This document shows positions 27,601-42,600 of a DNA stretch of 64,000 nucleotides, piece by piece. The position numbers were made by a program, and so were the translations under genes. The notes under the pieces are model-generated. The model was not told the origin of the DNA. It saw only the letters and a program-made list of their open reading frames with translations, and made no database searches. The stretch lies in assembly GCA_051294905.1 (NCBI GenBank), contig CM119386.1:12772001-12836000 (forward strand), in the 5' to 3' direction. Origin of the DNA: Botryllus schlosseri. Its lineage: Eukaryota. Numbering within the stretch: the first letter of the stretch is position 1; the number at the start of each line of letters is the position of its first letter.

Positions 27601-30600
27601 AAAGCTTACCTCATTTCCGCGAAACTTGTCGTAGCCCTCGTACGAGAAATCGTAGCTTTGCTCATGGCTTTCCAGCATCATTTTTATCAAGGCCTTGTCC
27701 TCCGCCGACAATTTAACGACTTTCTCGGTAGCTGACCTGTGAATAGACGACCATGGCGTCACATCGGGGTCGAGGATAATTTACCGACGAGCTTGTTACT
27801 TGGGTAATATCGAGGCTGGGTAATATCGAACATTTTGAGGGATTCAGAGTGGAGTCCCGCGCATACCGATACGACAAACTAGGACTACGATATGTACGCC
27901 CCAGACAGATTTAGTATCCAATTATGGTTACCAACCAGCGCTTGGTAAATGTGGCATTACAAACGTATTAAATGATAACTATTTATCATTATGAAAGTGA
28001 TGCATCAATATTGAATTAACAGATTCGAAAATGAATGTTCACCAAATACGTGCGTGGATGGTGACTGGTGAGTTTGTGATAAGGTAAATGGCACTTGATA
28101 AATTCGGCATATTGAACTCGGCAATTAGTATACGATACTCGGATTACGAGTTAGGGTTAGCTTACGGTAGAGGTGCGCTAGAAATTTTGGGCCGCCAAGT
28201 GCCGAATTCATTGCTAACTACCAAAACATGTCCTTTTTATGCGACCGGGAAGTAAATAGTAACAGTTACATAACTCGTTTCCTATTTGTTAATAGTAATA
28301 TGTCACAACGCACATTAACAACATTTCCACGAACGTTGGTGGCCTTGTTTTACGTGCGTGTGTTCAAGTTCGATTATACGGTACCTCGCATCGAGATTTC
28401 AAGGCTCCCGCCGTGCCAAAAAGTACAGCTTGAAAGGTGTTGCGACTAGGGCTGGGCTCAATGATTCGAGTACTCGAATCTGAATCGAGTATTAACTTTA
28501 ATGACTCGAGTCGAGTAGTAAAAGACGATTTTTTCGAGTACTGAAATTATACGCTCCTCGCAACTGAAAGTTAATTTACAAACGAGAATTATAGTTTTGA
28601 TACTATTTTCCACTGAGGAAGCCTTGAAGCCTTGATTGGCAGTGTCGCAGCATAATAGACATAGTACAAAGCTACGAAGGTCACTGAAAATAACAGATTT
28701 CCGAAGTCATGATCGTTCCACAACATTGTCAAGAAGTGCATTGAAGTCGGTATGGTCGAAAAAATACCGAATTATCATTAATGTGACGGGTAACTGGCAT
28801 TATGTTCTTCGTGGTGGCACAAAATGTACATATCCGAACTTTGACATGGTACATTCTGTTGTGACGTCAAAATGGGTGATACTCGAATACTCGACTCGAC
28901 TCGAAGCATTTTACGTGATTCAGAATCGAATCACTCAGGCACCTCGATTTTGCCCAGCCCTAGTGGCGACGCGACGCGCTTCATAAACAATTAGCCCGCG
29001 CACAAAATGGTGGACTTATTCCATTGCTTACGCGTGGTGCAGGCGGATAACGTAATTCGAAACTCAGAATGCGCTGCGTCTTGCGTGCCACACAAGGCCA
29101 CCAACACTGACCTTCCTAGTAGAGGTCACTATGTTTACAATAATGGCTGTTGTGTAAGTTAAGGCGAAAGTGTTAGCAGAACTTGAGACCTTGACAATCG
29201 AGGTTACGGGGATGCCAATATACGGACGAACACAAAAATTACGATTTGCAACAACGATTAAATAGAGATTCTCTATTTCGGTAACGTATAATCCGCGTTT
29301 CCATGCAGAGCTACCAAGCACCCACGTATTGCGAGCGTTGACCGAATGCAATGCAAGTATCTTAAGCATGTGACCCGAATTTAAGGCCGTCGCGCTGTTA
29401 GTTACTTATCCGCCATCACGATACACAAAGCGAATACAGGTGCGCGCTGTTAGTTACTTATCCGCCATCACGATACACAAAGCGAATACAGGTGTAACGG
29501 AAGATCACAAATCGCTCATGATTATTGTATCGACGGGAATCAGATCTCAAGGAGCAAAGTAACACGGAACTATCTGGCCGTGCCACAAATCGCATGATCT
29601 CAGCAGGTCCCATTGAATCCGATACACGAAATTGATTCATCGCCTAATATCATACCAAGCAACATGACATAACCTCTGTGGCATTGCGCAACGCAAATTC
29701 CTACATCCTTCACGCTCGGACGCACGGCAACGCGAGTTTCGGTAAAGCCATACGAAAGTGTAAGTAACGCCATTGGGTTGTTTTTATGACTTGGATTGAA
29801 CCTAACCTCGGCTTGTGCGGGTAAATGATTTTCTTTTCATAGAAGACCCGTGTAGTCAGACGAGACTATTGTGTAGGTCTACCGTTTTTCAATGTACGAA
29901 CAACACAGGTCAACCGGGATACAAAAGTAAATATTTTCGCAGATGGGTTCAAAAACAGCCTCTAGCATTTCCGGGGATATTTCCATAAATCAGTAACGAC
30001 CATACGTAAGCAGCGCCATTACAGTAAAAATTTCGGCGATTATAATAAACGCAACACAAATGCGCAACGCCTTATTTATATAGATTCATTTTCGTATACC
30101 CGATCAAATGACATCATTAATGCGAAACATCGCGAAAACAATTCATGCTCGGGTTTTTAGAGACAATTTCGGCGTCTTATTTTCGGGAATGCGGTCTTAT
30201 GTTGCGTTCGAATCTGTTTGTGGGATATCGCGCGAACTGAAACAAGTTACTGCCCGACTGTGGTCCCTGCTCAGAATTCAACGTAATGGATTCTGCAGTC
30301 GGATCGACAAGGCAAAAACAGGATAGGATATTCTTGGAATATTACCCTTTGAATATACTTGTAGGTTGTAGCAGTGTTATTGTTAGGATGTCTGAAAAAA
30401 CGACGCACAACAAATTTGACTCAATTCGAACTAGTAGAAACGTAGTTACCGATGTTCAAAATTTGGAAATTTCAAATTATAGTATTTGCGGTGGGTAAAA
30501 CAATAATATTAAAGAATTTGCCACCGTAAATACTATATTTGCCAAATCCGAAATTTTGTACTCAAATAACTTCGCTTCCACGGGTTGGAGTTGGTCCAAA

Positions 30601-33600
30601 TTTCTCGTGCGTCGTTTTTTCAGACAACCTAACCATTTCATGGGGTAGCCACTAAAATTTGAAATACATTTATTTTCATTAGATAAATCCAAAACTGTTT
30701 TCTGTTATAGCAATGCCTCTATAATTTGTAATTGCCTCAAATTTGGTGTGCAGCGTTTATTTAGGTATAACCTAACAATTTTATCAAGTAGCGAGTCATT
30801 TTTGAACATACCTAGTGCACAGTGCGCACTTACAGAAATAATATGATCGTTGATATACAATGTTCAATTCTCTACTTGTCGCTGACGATTACCCCCTGAC
30901 GAGTGTCAGCCGAAAATATTCGGGCATATATCAATATGAATAATACCATTCGATGGCATAAAGAAATAATATTCGTACAAAATCGCAGATTGAGTCGGAA
31001 AACACATAACTTCCAGACGAAACAAACCGAATTACGATCGACCCGACGATTATTTTCGAACGAAACCGATATAGCGGACACGACAACTCCCGAATCATCT
31101 CAAACCAAGTCTTCCGTCGCAGAGCGCTCGGGATATTATTCCATCGATTTCTGTCGGTTCGCTGTCACATGACACGGAGCGCTGGCGCTGAAAACCCGCG
31201 GCGCGATTACCGCAAACGAAAATTACTCACGACGTATTTCGTTTCAACGCAATTTGCCGAATTTCAATAATCGGCTGTAAACGCGGTAAAAGAAATGGTC
31301 GACGATCATTCGCGGGGACGGCATTTCCGAAACAGCGCGAATTCGGAAATTTTCAGCAGCTTGCATTCGTGGCGGCTCACTCGTGATGTATCAAGCAATT
31401 ATTTCGAGTACGGCCGCGCAAAATCGAGTACCAGGGCGATCAGCACCGGAGTCGAGCATTCCACAGTCGTATATTAATGTAGTAATAAATATGATAAATA
31501 ACAGTAATAAAGACCTGAAAAGTTGAAATAATTATCTATTTTAGCGCCCAAAGTAAAATGATGGGAGTCGAGCGCAGGGGCGTAGCCAGCCGAAAAAAAA
31601 CGGGGGATATTTATTAAAACGGGGGATATTTTTTGAAAAGATGATATTCGTTATGCTAACCATTTTATTGCGGTTTAATACACACAAATGCCGATACAAC
31701 AAGGGTAAGATAATCTAGTTTGTGTTTACGTCTTTATACACATGAACATTTGCCAGTTATCTTAAAATATAGCTCTATTATGCGCAGTCGCATGCTACAG
31801 TAACAAACAGAAGGCGCTTTTCCCTTGCGCGCCACTATTTGCCGACAGCGAGTTTCATGCGCGCGGATTTTGATACAAAGCGCGCTCGAATCATGACTCA
31901 ACGCAGCAGGTGATCGACGATCACCTCGCAAATCACAATGTATCAGATCAGATGGAAGTAGCAACCAAATTTCGATGGTAGCGAGGTATCTTGACCTTAA
32001 TTACCAAAGCGAGGATGTAATCACGAAAGTGCGCGCAGATCATATTACAACACAGTGGAAGATCTCTCCATTTTGCGCTCAAAGACGAACACTCGAACAG
32101 TGAAGATACGCAAATGAATTATAGTCTGTTGCCGTTTGATACAAACAATCTGGATTAATTTTGTTTTAAATCAATATGATTTTTACTGTCTGCCAAGATG
32201 GTGTGTGGAGCTGGTAAAGACTAATTACCGCTCGAGCTTGTGCTTGCATCACGTGAATAACAGTGGCCTGGCGCAGGCTTAGGCTCGCGATCAAAATGCA
32301 TTCCTAAACGCGTTTGCGGTGTACAAGTGACAATTGCGAATTGTCGAGGCCAAGACTATAACTTCTGGTTATTACAATAGCACATCGAGTAGCACTATCA
32401 CGCGCCGCGAGTCACAGAGCGGCCTAATTTTCCTAGCCTCCAATGTTTTACTACTAGCCAAGCGCGTTATGATAGGACAGTCAGCAGATGCGCCAGAGGC
32501 CTGAGACACGAAACGGCTGGACATCTGGAAACCCACACACAACAACCGAACTAAATGATCGCAAATTGGATCAATACATAATAGATTCCATACAGAACAT
32601 TTGATTAGAACGATCTGTTTTGGTACTGTAGGGATCTGCTATCTCTAATGATTCAAGCCTAGCGCGCATGTTCTAAACGTTTGTTGACAATAGACTGTCA
32701 AACACGAAAATCAACTCGCGCGGTATCGAAATTTCGATGCGAGTGTTATTGTAACTGTGACTTCTGGTTCTGTAACTGGATAATATCGTTCAGATGAGAC
32801 GGGAGAGCCATGTGAGACGCGTTTTTCGGGCTTCCGTAGACGAGAGAACAATATGAGAAAAAGGCATCACCGCATTGCATTGATCGATGACGTGATGATG
32901 CCGCGCGGCAATTAGGGGATTATCGAATTAGAACAAGAAATATTAGATCAATGGAAATATACGTAAGACGGGGGGTATTTCGAGCTTGGAAACGGGGGGT
33001 ATCGGACACCGATTATCCCCCCCTGTCTACGCCACTGGTCGAGCGCCATCCACAATCTAATTTCGTGTTTCGGGAGCGTGACAATTTCTTATATATCATA
33101 TCTTAGATCAGTGGTTCTCGAACGCGGGGCCAAAACTTCAGGACTCACATAAATAGAATGGCCGTCTGACATGAAATATCCTACTGTGCAAACTCAATTC
33201 AATTGTCAATAGCCTACTGATACAAACATGTCGCTGTTTAGAGATGTTTTGTTGGTGTTTTGGAGAAAATTGTTTGCGCAAACCCATATTCTCCTGTGAC
33301 ATAAATAACCGCTATTCCAGAATAGCGTCAAGATGAGCTACAAGGTAGAAACGACTATACGCTGGACGTTATACGTTCATTCAAAATCCGATTCTCAATT
33401 TTCGTGCCATATACGTTGCGATCATACCCAAATATGTCGTCGGAAGCGTTACGCGTTATTATTATATTCGCCGCCACCTGTCGTTGTGAATTTTCGGCGC
33501 TCCTTTATGTCAAATCGTATCGACTACGCTAATTTCCACCACACGGTCGTTAATTTCAAGAGAATTTTGAGATAGTAAAGGTCTTCCCATGTTCTACGTA

Positions 33601-36600
33601 AATAGTACGGTGTCATTTTCAAGAAAAGTCATTTTGTTGCTGTTTATTATAAAGTTTAAAGTTAAAACAGGGCTATTTCACGTACTCCAACTTCTGCACG
33701 CGCTGTTCCATCTCTTCCTGCTGCTTCTTCAGCTTCAAGGCCGCCTTTCTCTCTCGGTTCTGTTTGATGAGCGCTCTCTTCTTTTCCACGCTCTCGTCGC
33801 TCATGATCAAGCTGGAGTTCATGCCTGGCAAGACGGAATACAAAATCGTGATAGGACCGGGCTAGGGCTATTCGGCAGTATTCCTACTAATTTCTAGCGT
33901 ATGCAAAGCGGCTTTCTGGAAACAGCGACTCGATTTCGCGAACGGACGGAGGGCTTGGGCGCAGAAAACCGGCATTGAGAACGCCGGCTGCAGCCGGGTT
34001 TGATTCCCGGATTCGGCCGGACATGAAATTTCGTCATGCTTCAACTATCTGAGAGTACGCTACAATACGTGATACAGCTACAGGTTCAATATTCGTAGGA
34101 CACAATGCACATAATAGAACATAATACACGAGCGATCCTGGCATCCACACGATGCCGCTATCACGTTTCATTCACTGCTATCCGATTCACTGTCTTTTAT
34201 ATAAATATATCTCTAATGAATGCTATTTATAGCAACAGAACTCAATCCTCACAGCAGATCAGATATAATGCAATCCTGATCGCATAAAACACTACACGAA
34301 ATCGAATCCCTACGAGCCACCACTAAGGTGGACAGCATTAGAAACAGAGTGCGCTGCACTTTTGTATACACAATGGACCAAGCCAAAATGGCTTTCATGT
34401 TATCAGATAATAAACGGTTAACAACATAGCAGCTAGGCAAGGCACCAAGGCATGCCTTGCGCAAGAACTTAAACGCATTAAATAGACAAATTTGCGCGAT
34501 ATGTCTCGTGAATGTTAACGCTTTCAGAAGCATGTTGCCGCTACAAGCATGCGGTCAAGCTGGCGTACGAAACGCACCGACTCGGCGCTGACGGCGTTGG
34601 CCTAAAATTCCGCAAACCCTGCGCGTCAATGTTGTTGGCGTGAATTGCACTGCCCACGAATGAAATAGTCTTACATGAAATAGGCGATAACTCGATAAGT
34701 ATAATCAGTTTTTGTTTTGAGTGAAAATCACGTCTTGTTGGTTTTGTTCTTTCAAAACTGTCGTTCATGCAGAGTGTCGTGAACTGGCTATCAAGTCGAC
34801 ATAACTAAAGCTTTATTGAAGTAAATGTAACCAAGGTGGCTTTAAGCAACATACAACAAAACACAACATACAGCAGAACAGCAAAGGATAGAATGACAAG
34901 ACAATGGCGACACAATGTAACGTGCAACAGAAGCTATCAGAGGAAAGCAATGATTGCCTAATTACAGATCACCACAGAGTTCCTTCCGTGCGCCAGCGCT
35001 CTGTATGTAGTAACGTGTAATACAGTAGATCATTGTTTTTGTTTTGCGAAGATTTTGGCGTTCGCCGAAAACGTGCAGATTATCGTAAGGGTTCGCCAGG
35101 TTAGTAAAGATAAGAACCGCTGCACTTATGCAACACTGGAGGACCGGCTAACAAATGAGCAACGAGAAATTCTTTGAAGGTCAGTGAAAAATTGACGCAA
35201 ATCGACGCGATTCCAAGCGGAAACTAGGCAAATATGTAAGCGAGATAAAAAAAAAATCACATAACAACACGCGACAATGTCAGCATATCACAATTTCAGA
35301 ATCCAAAGGGATATTCACCGGAAGACATCATAGCGAAAACGCAAGCCGTAAATTACGATCACGGTCGCAAACCATCTCGCAGTGCGGCAGTTACATCATC
35401 AAGGTTCACGGAAAGGTTATCGGGCCGGGCTGCGCAACGCATAAATAGCTAATTGCGACGGCCGAGTCATCGCAAGAGAATTCGGCGGCCGTTGACAGCG
35501 CTAAAATTAAAGCTTCGCCGAGAATCGGGAAGAGCAAATCGGCATCAAAATCGACAAAAACAAGACCGCCTAATCGCGCCGGATCGCTGAGAAAACAATC
35601 AAACGCGACCCGGGCAATTTATTCGCTTCCGTACGTTGGTCATGGAAATTCGCCACAGCAAATGCATCAATTTTTTGAAAGGCTTGAAATTTCAAATCGC
35701 AATCACCTCGATTCTACAGGTTGGAATTGGGCGAAATTTGACGCACAGCGCATTTTTCTAGACGACCTAACAATTTCTTCACCTAATTCTATTATTTTAT
35801 AAAATGATTGAAATTTCAAATTGCAATAACTTCGCTTGACTGCTTGCAATTGTGTCAAATTTGCCATGCAGCATATTATTTTCTTACGTGACCTGACAAT
35901 TTCGCTACAAAATCAGCCAAATTTGTGAGAAAACTTTTCATTTTTAACAGCCCTAGCACGCACCCATATCGAGACACTTCTGAAGCCGGCAGGCTTGGCA
36001 GTGCTTCCGGTTTGACTTGTTGATGGCGCAGTGCTTGTCGAAGGCGCACGTAAACTCCACGTTCTTCTTCATGGACCGCCGGAAGAACCCTTTGCACCTG
36101 ATTGAAATAGAGGGCTGTTACGCAGGGCCTAGGTTTATCCTACGTCAGTCTAAACATCGCACTTTAGAACGATTCGATAGCATGGTTTCAGTTAAACAAA
36201 TGTCCCACAATACACGAATTGCTGCAACCAAAGCGGCATCGATATCATCGCGGTGCTACCGACATTTCATCAATCAATGGCCAGGAATCGATCACGTGAT
36301 CTCAACGCGTCAGAGCGTAAGCCGGGATAATACTTCACAAATCGCGAAGGCATCTCACCCTTCGCAGGTCATCGCCGCGAAATGGGTCCCGGTGGCCACG
36401 TCGCCGCACACGACGCAAATCTTCTCCTGCGGCTGCTTTTCCTTCGTGTCATTGCTCGCAGATTCTAAACGCAAAAAAATGTACGAACTGTACGAACACG
36501 AACAAACATCTACTGCTCAATCCGTGCCGCAAGTCGGCAGCTATACGGATTCCAAAATAAGAAATATTGGCCTGATGTAAATGACCATTGTAGTCGACAA

Positions 36601-39600
36601 ACGCCATGAATGGATTTTTAAATGTCGTTAGTTCTAGTTCTAGTTGCGCATTTTAAAAATCCAGAAGTTTGTAAAAGTTTGTTTACGAAAATTGCGCAAC
36701 GCAAGGCGACCGCCTTCAGAAGCGGGAGTCCCTTTCAAAATCGCATCTGAATAATTGATCGCTCGCAACAAAGCATCAATGGACGAAACGGCCGGATCAG
36801 TTTGACCAGGAGTTGTAACCAAATCACGCGCGCCACTGCGACATTTCGTAAAGGTTACTTCTCGCAAGCGTTGGGTATTGATCAGTCCACGCACAGCACA
36901 ATTTCTAAAGATCAGCACACGACAATATCACTAATCTCTATCAATTTCAACACTATCATGACTATCATCCCTATGGGAAGAAATCGACAGGCGGGCATGC
37001 CTACGACACACCCACAGCCCGGTAAGCAAAGAGAATCTAGCAGGCGTTTGAGAATGGTCCATTGTGCCGAGAATTCCGCACGATTACAGTCCAGGCGATG
37101 GAATTATTATTGATAGGTATCTCCACGTAATACTTGTTACTTCCGTGGATTAAATACAGAGCTTAAAGACGGAGCTTCCAGTCACTACTCCCTCTCGCTT
37201 GTAACCTACATATTCCATGAATTTATTCCAAGCAAACATAGCCTGCGGCACTGGTAAACTAATCCATTTTGCGAAACTGACATGATGCTATTTTCGCTCT
37301 AACCTGCACAAATCGACAGTTTGGTTATTAATCTTGGTTGCGATAGGCGAAAAATCGCACAGGGTGTCACCAAAGGGGTGGATATAAATATAAAGAAACT
37401 AACATGCCAACAAAAATAATATGATAAATGAGAAACAAAGAAAGACTTGCTGTTGTTCTGGTCAAATCCTAATGGGAACCAATGTCCATTCAAACAACTC
37501 AAGCCTGAAATTATACGGAATATTAAGATTTCACTGATATATCATACAAATTACCATAGCCTAGTCCTGCATAACTTCAGCTTTTGGGATCAATCTTAAA
37601 ACTCAACCCCAATAAAGCTAGTCAAATAAATATTCAAATTTTGTGTATTCATGTCATACCCAGCTAAGTACGACAGATATGTGAGATACTCGATCTGAAA
37701 TTGTTAGACAAAAGAAATATGCAATATGATAGGGTATAAGAAGGTTGATCTTGTGTTAATTATTGGCTATACCGATAATTATATGCTGCTTCTCCTATAA
37801 TTGTTAGTATTAGCGCCTTTTAGAGTCATTACTATTTAGTGGTTTAAAACTGTTGCATTATTATTGACAGAAAAACCACCACTATATAATAAGCAATACT
37901 TGAGAAAATCCACATGCCCAGCAATTATTGCAAGATTGGTGTGTGATTGCAGCGGTTTTCAAATAGTTTGCAACAGTGTGATGCTGACAACATTATTCTC
38001 TTGGGGAAATCAATCAGAACAGATCCAATTAAAGACTAGTCAAAGTCGGCACACATCATTCCTGTATCTTATAACAAACAGAACTTTTGAAAACCACCAT
38101 TAAAAGATGGGCCTAGACTTTGAAAAACGGCGACAGCTTGAACTTTGGCTAACATAGCACTTTTCAAAACCTGGACAACGCAAGCGGCATACTTATGAAA
38201 ATTCAATGTGCAAATCAAATTCTCTCCCAGATCTGAGATGGGATATAAAACCACATATACCTAACTTCAACTGCGATTATTACAGTATCTAAACATCATA
38301 AAACAGTTCGTGTATCAACAATACAGAGGTACATTGCAGCATTTCATAGTCTCATTAGGATGTTAACAGACCCTGATAATATGTATTTCATATCAGTGTT
38401 CATGTAAACGTATACATGGAGGACCATTTTCTAAAACGGGTTTGACTCTATATTTGAAGCTATAATGCAGCCAAATCAAAGTAGATGCTTGCTCAACAAA
38501 CGATAGCCTAAAATAAAAGGTTCCGGGGGGTCATACGTTAGACCTGAAATGATAGCAACCAATAAAAGCTCTTCACAATCACATATCAATGAATATAACA
38601 CATGTCAATTGACGTTGTCGAGCTTATACTATGTATACACGGATACTCCAAATATTCAGTGCTGACTGCTGAGTCATCCAATAACAGTACTAGTTACATT
38701 TTCTTTGTGGAATGTAAAATGAGGGGATCAAAGAATCCACATAAAATCCCACTGATCAAGCGCAATGCGGAATATATTTCGGAATGTTGGAAAGATGAAG
38801 AACATTAAAGCAGTATGGTCTACATGTTGACAAAGGGATTTGCACAATGCACACCGAACAGTCTTTTTAATTCGATTGATTGGCTCAAATCATGATCGTT
38901 GATTGATAGGGTAATTTATATGGCACAAACACAGCGAGGTTCAAAAAATAGGAAGTCGTAGGAAAACACTAGGATCAACACTATTTATCGTAATGATCGG
39001 AAGTAATAGGCATATCAAGAAGAATCCGAGGCGCATTACTACCTTGAACTCCTTCTCCTGATTCATAATATGACGCAGTTACTGCTTCACACCATTGTAG
39101 TACAACAGTATCTAAAGGTCACCATGAACTCGGCCAGTTCATGAAGATATATGATCAATGAAAGACCCTGTGAGAGAGAATCCAAAAGCTGATCTCACCA
39201 ATGTCAGCAAACATTCACACTCTGTTGAGCAGAGAATGAGAGAATCATGTGCATGGACATGGACACTCATTACCTATTTGTATTCAAAGTCTAAAATAAC
39301 CACTCCTGAATTTAGATGATGAGAAAATGCAAATTCCATATCTCATACATCATCAAATAGCATGACGATAACCTAATACATTATACCTTCCGCTTCCCAG
39401 CAAGTGAGTAAACAATATATATAATTATGAGAATATTACTGGTCAATGTCCCCCGGAACAAGGTATCAGCCAATAAATCATGTATGCTTGTGCTTGTGGT
39501 GGGTGTTTGGATATTATTAAAATAGTATTGTTGGTGTGCGGATAACAGTTGTTTTAAAATCCATATCAATTTCTCTTGTGGTGAATCAAAAAGTTGGTTC

Positions 39601-42600
39601 AAGAAACTATTCAATTCATTAAAACAAATCAATCAACCGGAGAATGGAAGGGGCTTTTTCTCTATTGCCCATTTCATGATCCAATGACATTTCTTTCACT
39701 TTGGAAATTGTTTTTGTTGCTCCAGTAGAAATTCTCCAGACCATCAGGTCCAACGTCAGCGAAAAAAAGGACTTATAGCTAATTTGGTTTTAGAGTAATA
39801 TCAAGGATATGCTTGTCCTCAAAAATCCTCAAGAGATTTCCTGGCACAACAAAATAAACGGAATACCAACATACCAAAAGTCAGACATTTCAGAGGCTCC
39901 ACACTGAAAATTCCGTTTCTTTGTTCCATGGAGATTAGGCAATCACGCCTTATTATAACTTACACAAACCACGTAAAGTAACTATCACTAAGCATACACA
40001 GTAATCACTTATACACAATTACACACAGATCATCGCAACAACTAATTAGTAACATCTGAAGGATTACTGGGCGTCTGGCGAGAGCAGGTATGCCTATTTA
40101 CATTATATGCTGACTCATAAATGACAACAGCCAATGCAAATGCCACCAATGCATGTTTCTATTAGGTCATACAAATTTGCGACAAGAGCAGAAATATTCA
40201 TGACATATAAGAAGCTAGCATCGTTGAAACATTCTTAAGAACAATAGACCAATGACTGATCCATTAACCATTTAAACAATATCTGATGACAAGGCAAGGT
40301 AGTTTGAGTGCATGTTATTCTACTTGGAAACCATATCCACTCCTTGCACTACAAAAGCACTACTGCAATTAGTGAGGTGAGGACATGTAAAGCAAACAAA
40401 TACGTTTTAATGTGATACATCTGAGCAATCACCGGATCATTGTGATACTTCGAATCACTGCGAAAAGCAGGAATTCACTTTCAACCGGACAACAAAAGGG
40501 TCGAGTATCGGGCAATAAATTGTGACAATCAAATGTCACGCTTCAAATGACGTCTACGATCAGTGAGCAGTATCGTTTTGAAAGATAACGAATTATTCTA
40601 TCATAAATTCCATGAACTCGGCATCAAAGATATGAAAGGCCAAATGCGCAGGGGTAAGAGACTGGATGTCGCGATTCATTTAGTACTTGTACTAGCAAAA
40701 TATTTGCTGACAATTATGCTTTGAAGAAGCCACTGGCCTCTGACTAAACAACTAGTCCAGAAACAGCAATTTCAGTATTGTTAGCGTTGACATTTAAGAA
40801 TAACCAGCAGAGTAGATACTGCCTGCAATAGTGCATCACTTCCAACGTCAAAATCTGATCTTGTAAAACATAAGAGCTAAGACAATTGGTCTTGAGCACA
40901 CAATTTTGCATTGCGGCATATTAAAAATATTGAACATGAATAAACTAGAATGATTGGAGCCTGTGATAACATTTGAATAACATTCTATTTGTATTTGACA
41001 TGATTATTGATAAATTGACTTCAAGGGAGATTAAAGGAGAAATACCTTCAAGTTCGGTGACAACAGCCCAATTTCTCTGCATATAAACTAATAAGCATAT
41101 TTCTGGAACCATAGGTTAGTCGTTGCAAGCAATTATGAGAAAAGTTAATGCAATATCTAAAAACCCAAACACGAAACAAAGCAGGACTACCTCATACAAA
41201 AAATTCTGGGAAACAAACATTATGAGACCTGGAAGAGTAGGCCTACCTTGCAATTTTGATTACCAACCAGTTACACTTAAATTTGCTACTGCACTAGTCA
41301 ACTCCCTATTCTATTCCTAGAAATGAATGGATATTATATTTGCACCTATTATTGCACCAGTCCGTTATGACATACCGAATCTACACGCATTTCCAAAATG
41401 ACAGGCAGTCAGATGTACACGCTTTCCAATGAATTGATGGTGAAGAATATGTTGACTCAACAAATCTTTGACCAATGTGAGGCATGCCTTTCAAAACGTC
41501 AGCCGTGTGAAGGTGCATATGTGAATTTCCGTTTTAAATCAAGACAACACAACCTTCACATTTTGATATCTCTCAGGTAAAATTGTATCATGTTCACCAT
41601 AACTAATAATTGCAAGTTTCAATTATCACTGCTACGTATCGATGTTAGGCCTACCTATTATATGGAAAGATTGATACCAATGGCTGATTACACAGAAAAC
41701 ACCTGCTTCATCAACAGAGAAATCGGATACAACATCCGTCAGAAATGCCCGAATTCACAAATTACCACCACTCTCAAACTTGCACTGCCTTGAAAATGTT
41801 TTGCCTCTGTAATTGCTACAAGCTGCCTTGCTATTGCAATCCACCGGTCCGATCGCTTATTGCTACCATTACCCATCAGGCCTTACTGAACAAACACACT
41901 CCATTGACTAATAAAATGCCATTTCATTAATGAACAACACCTATCAAATAATTACTTCATTAATTAAAATTTATCCTTTCAAGTCTATACTGATATAAGA
42001 TTCCAATGTCTGAGATTACTTTAAAATCTCTTCTGAAAAAATTAATGCCACATTATAATCATAGCACAGTAGGCCTACTCTTCAGCTTCAATATACCTGT
42101 CATGAACCAATGCAACTGATTCAAATGTTTTTTCATAAGTACACCCATCTGACAGTACTTTTGCAATTCACAACATATCTGATTATACTTTCAACACATT
42201 TTACCATATATAAATTACTTATCCACATTGATATTTTGTCGAGTAGAGAACACGGGAGTTCATTATAGTCAATAAGTAACTGATTTTAATTATTATTCGT
42301 GAACACACAATAGTCAATTGAATAACAAGTGCTATCAAACTAACACCATTGAGAAATACATTTAATAATATACAGCTCAAATGAAGGACTTCCCGGAACC
42401 CTGGTTGTTATATTCAAATAAACAAGACAGGAGTACACAACCCAATCCCAGCTATGTACACTATGTGTTGAAATACTGATGAGCTTATCACAAACATAGA
42501 CTGCTTAACATAAGGCATATTACTTCATAACCATCACAAGAATTCTTACAGTGTTTGATAGATATAGCTGTTGTACAAAAGACGGAAACCTACTAATCGC

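Noticed and set aside
36800-37149. Viral trailer, poly(A) tail or TSD at the EVE 3' end
   Set aside because: No ACC-type terminus, A-tail or flanking duplication was recognisable, so the integration mechanism cannot be called.
39035-39065. SGEGVQG as the methyltransferase GxGxG motif
   Set aside because: It lies only ~430 nt after the HR motif. The MTase should be ~1.5 kb after it, where [14 protein letters not shown] is found.
41056-41064. GGT GAC AAC (GDN) on the plus strand inside the EVE
   Set aside because: It is on the wrong strand relative to all other L motifs. The positionally correct motif C is the decayed NTNR at 40995-40984 on the minus strand.
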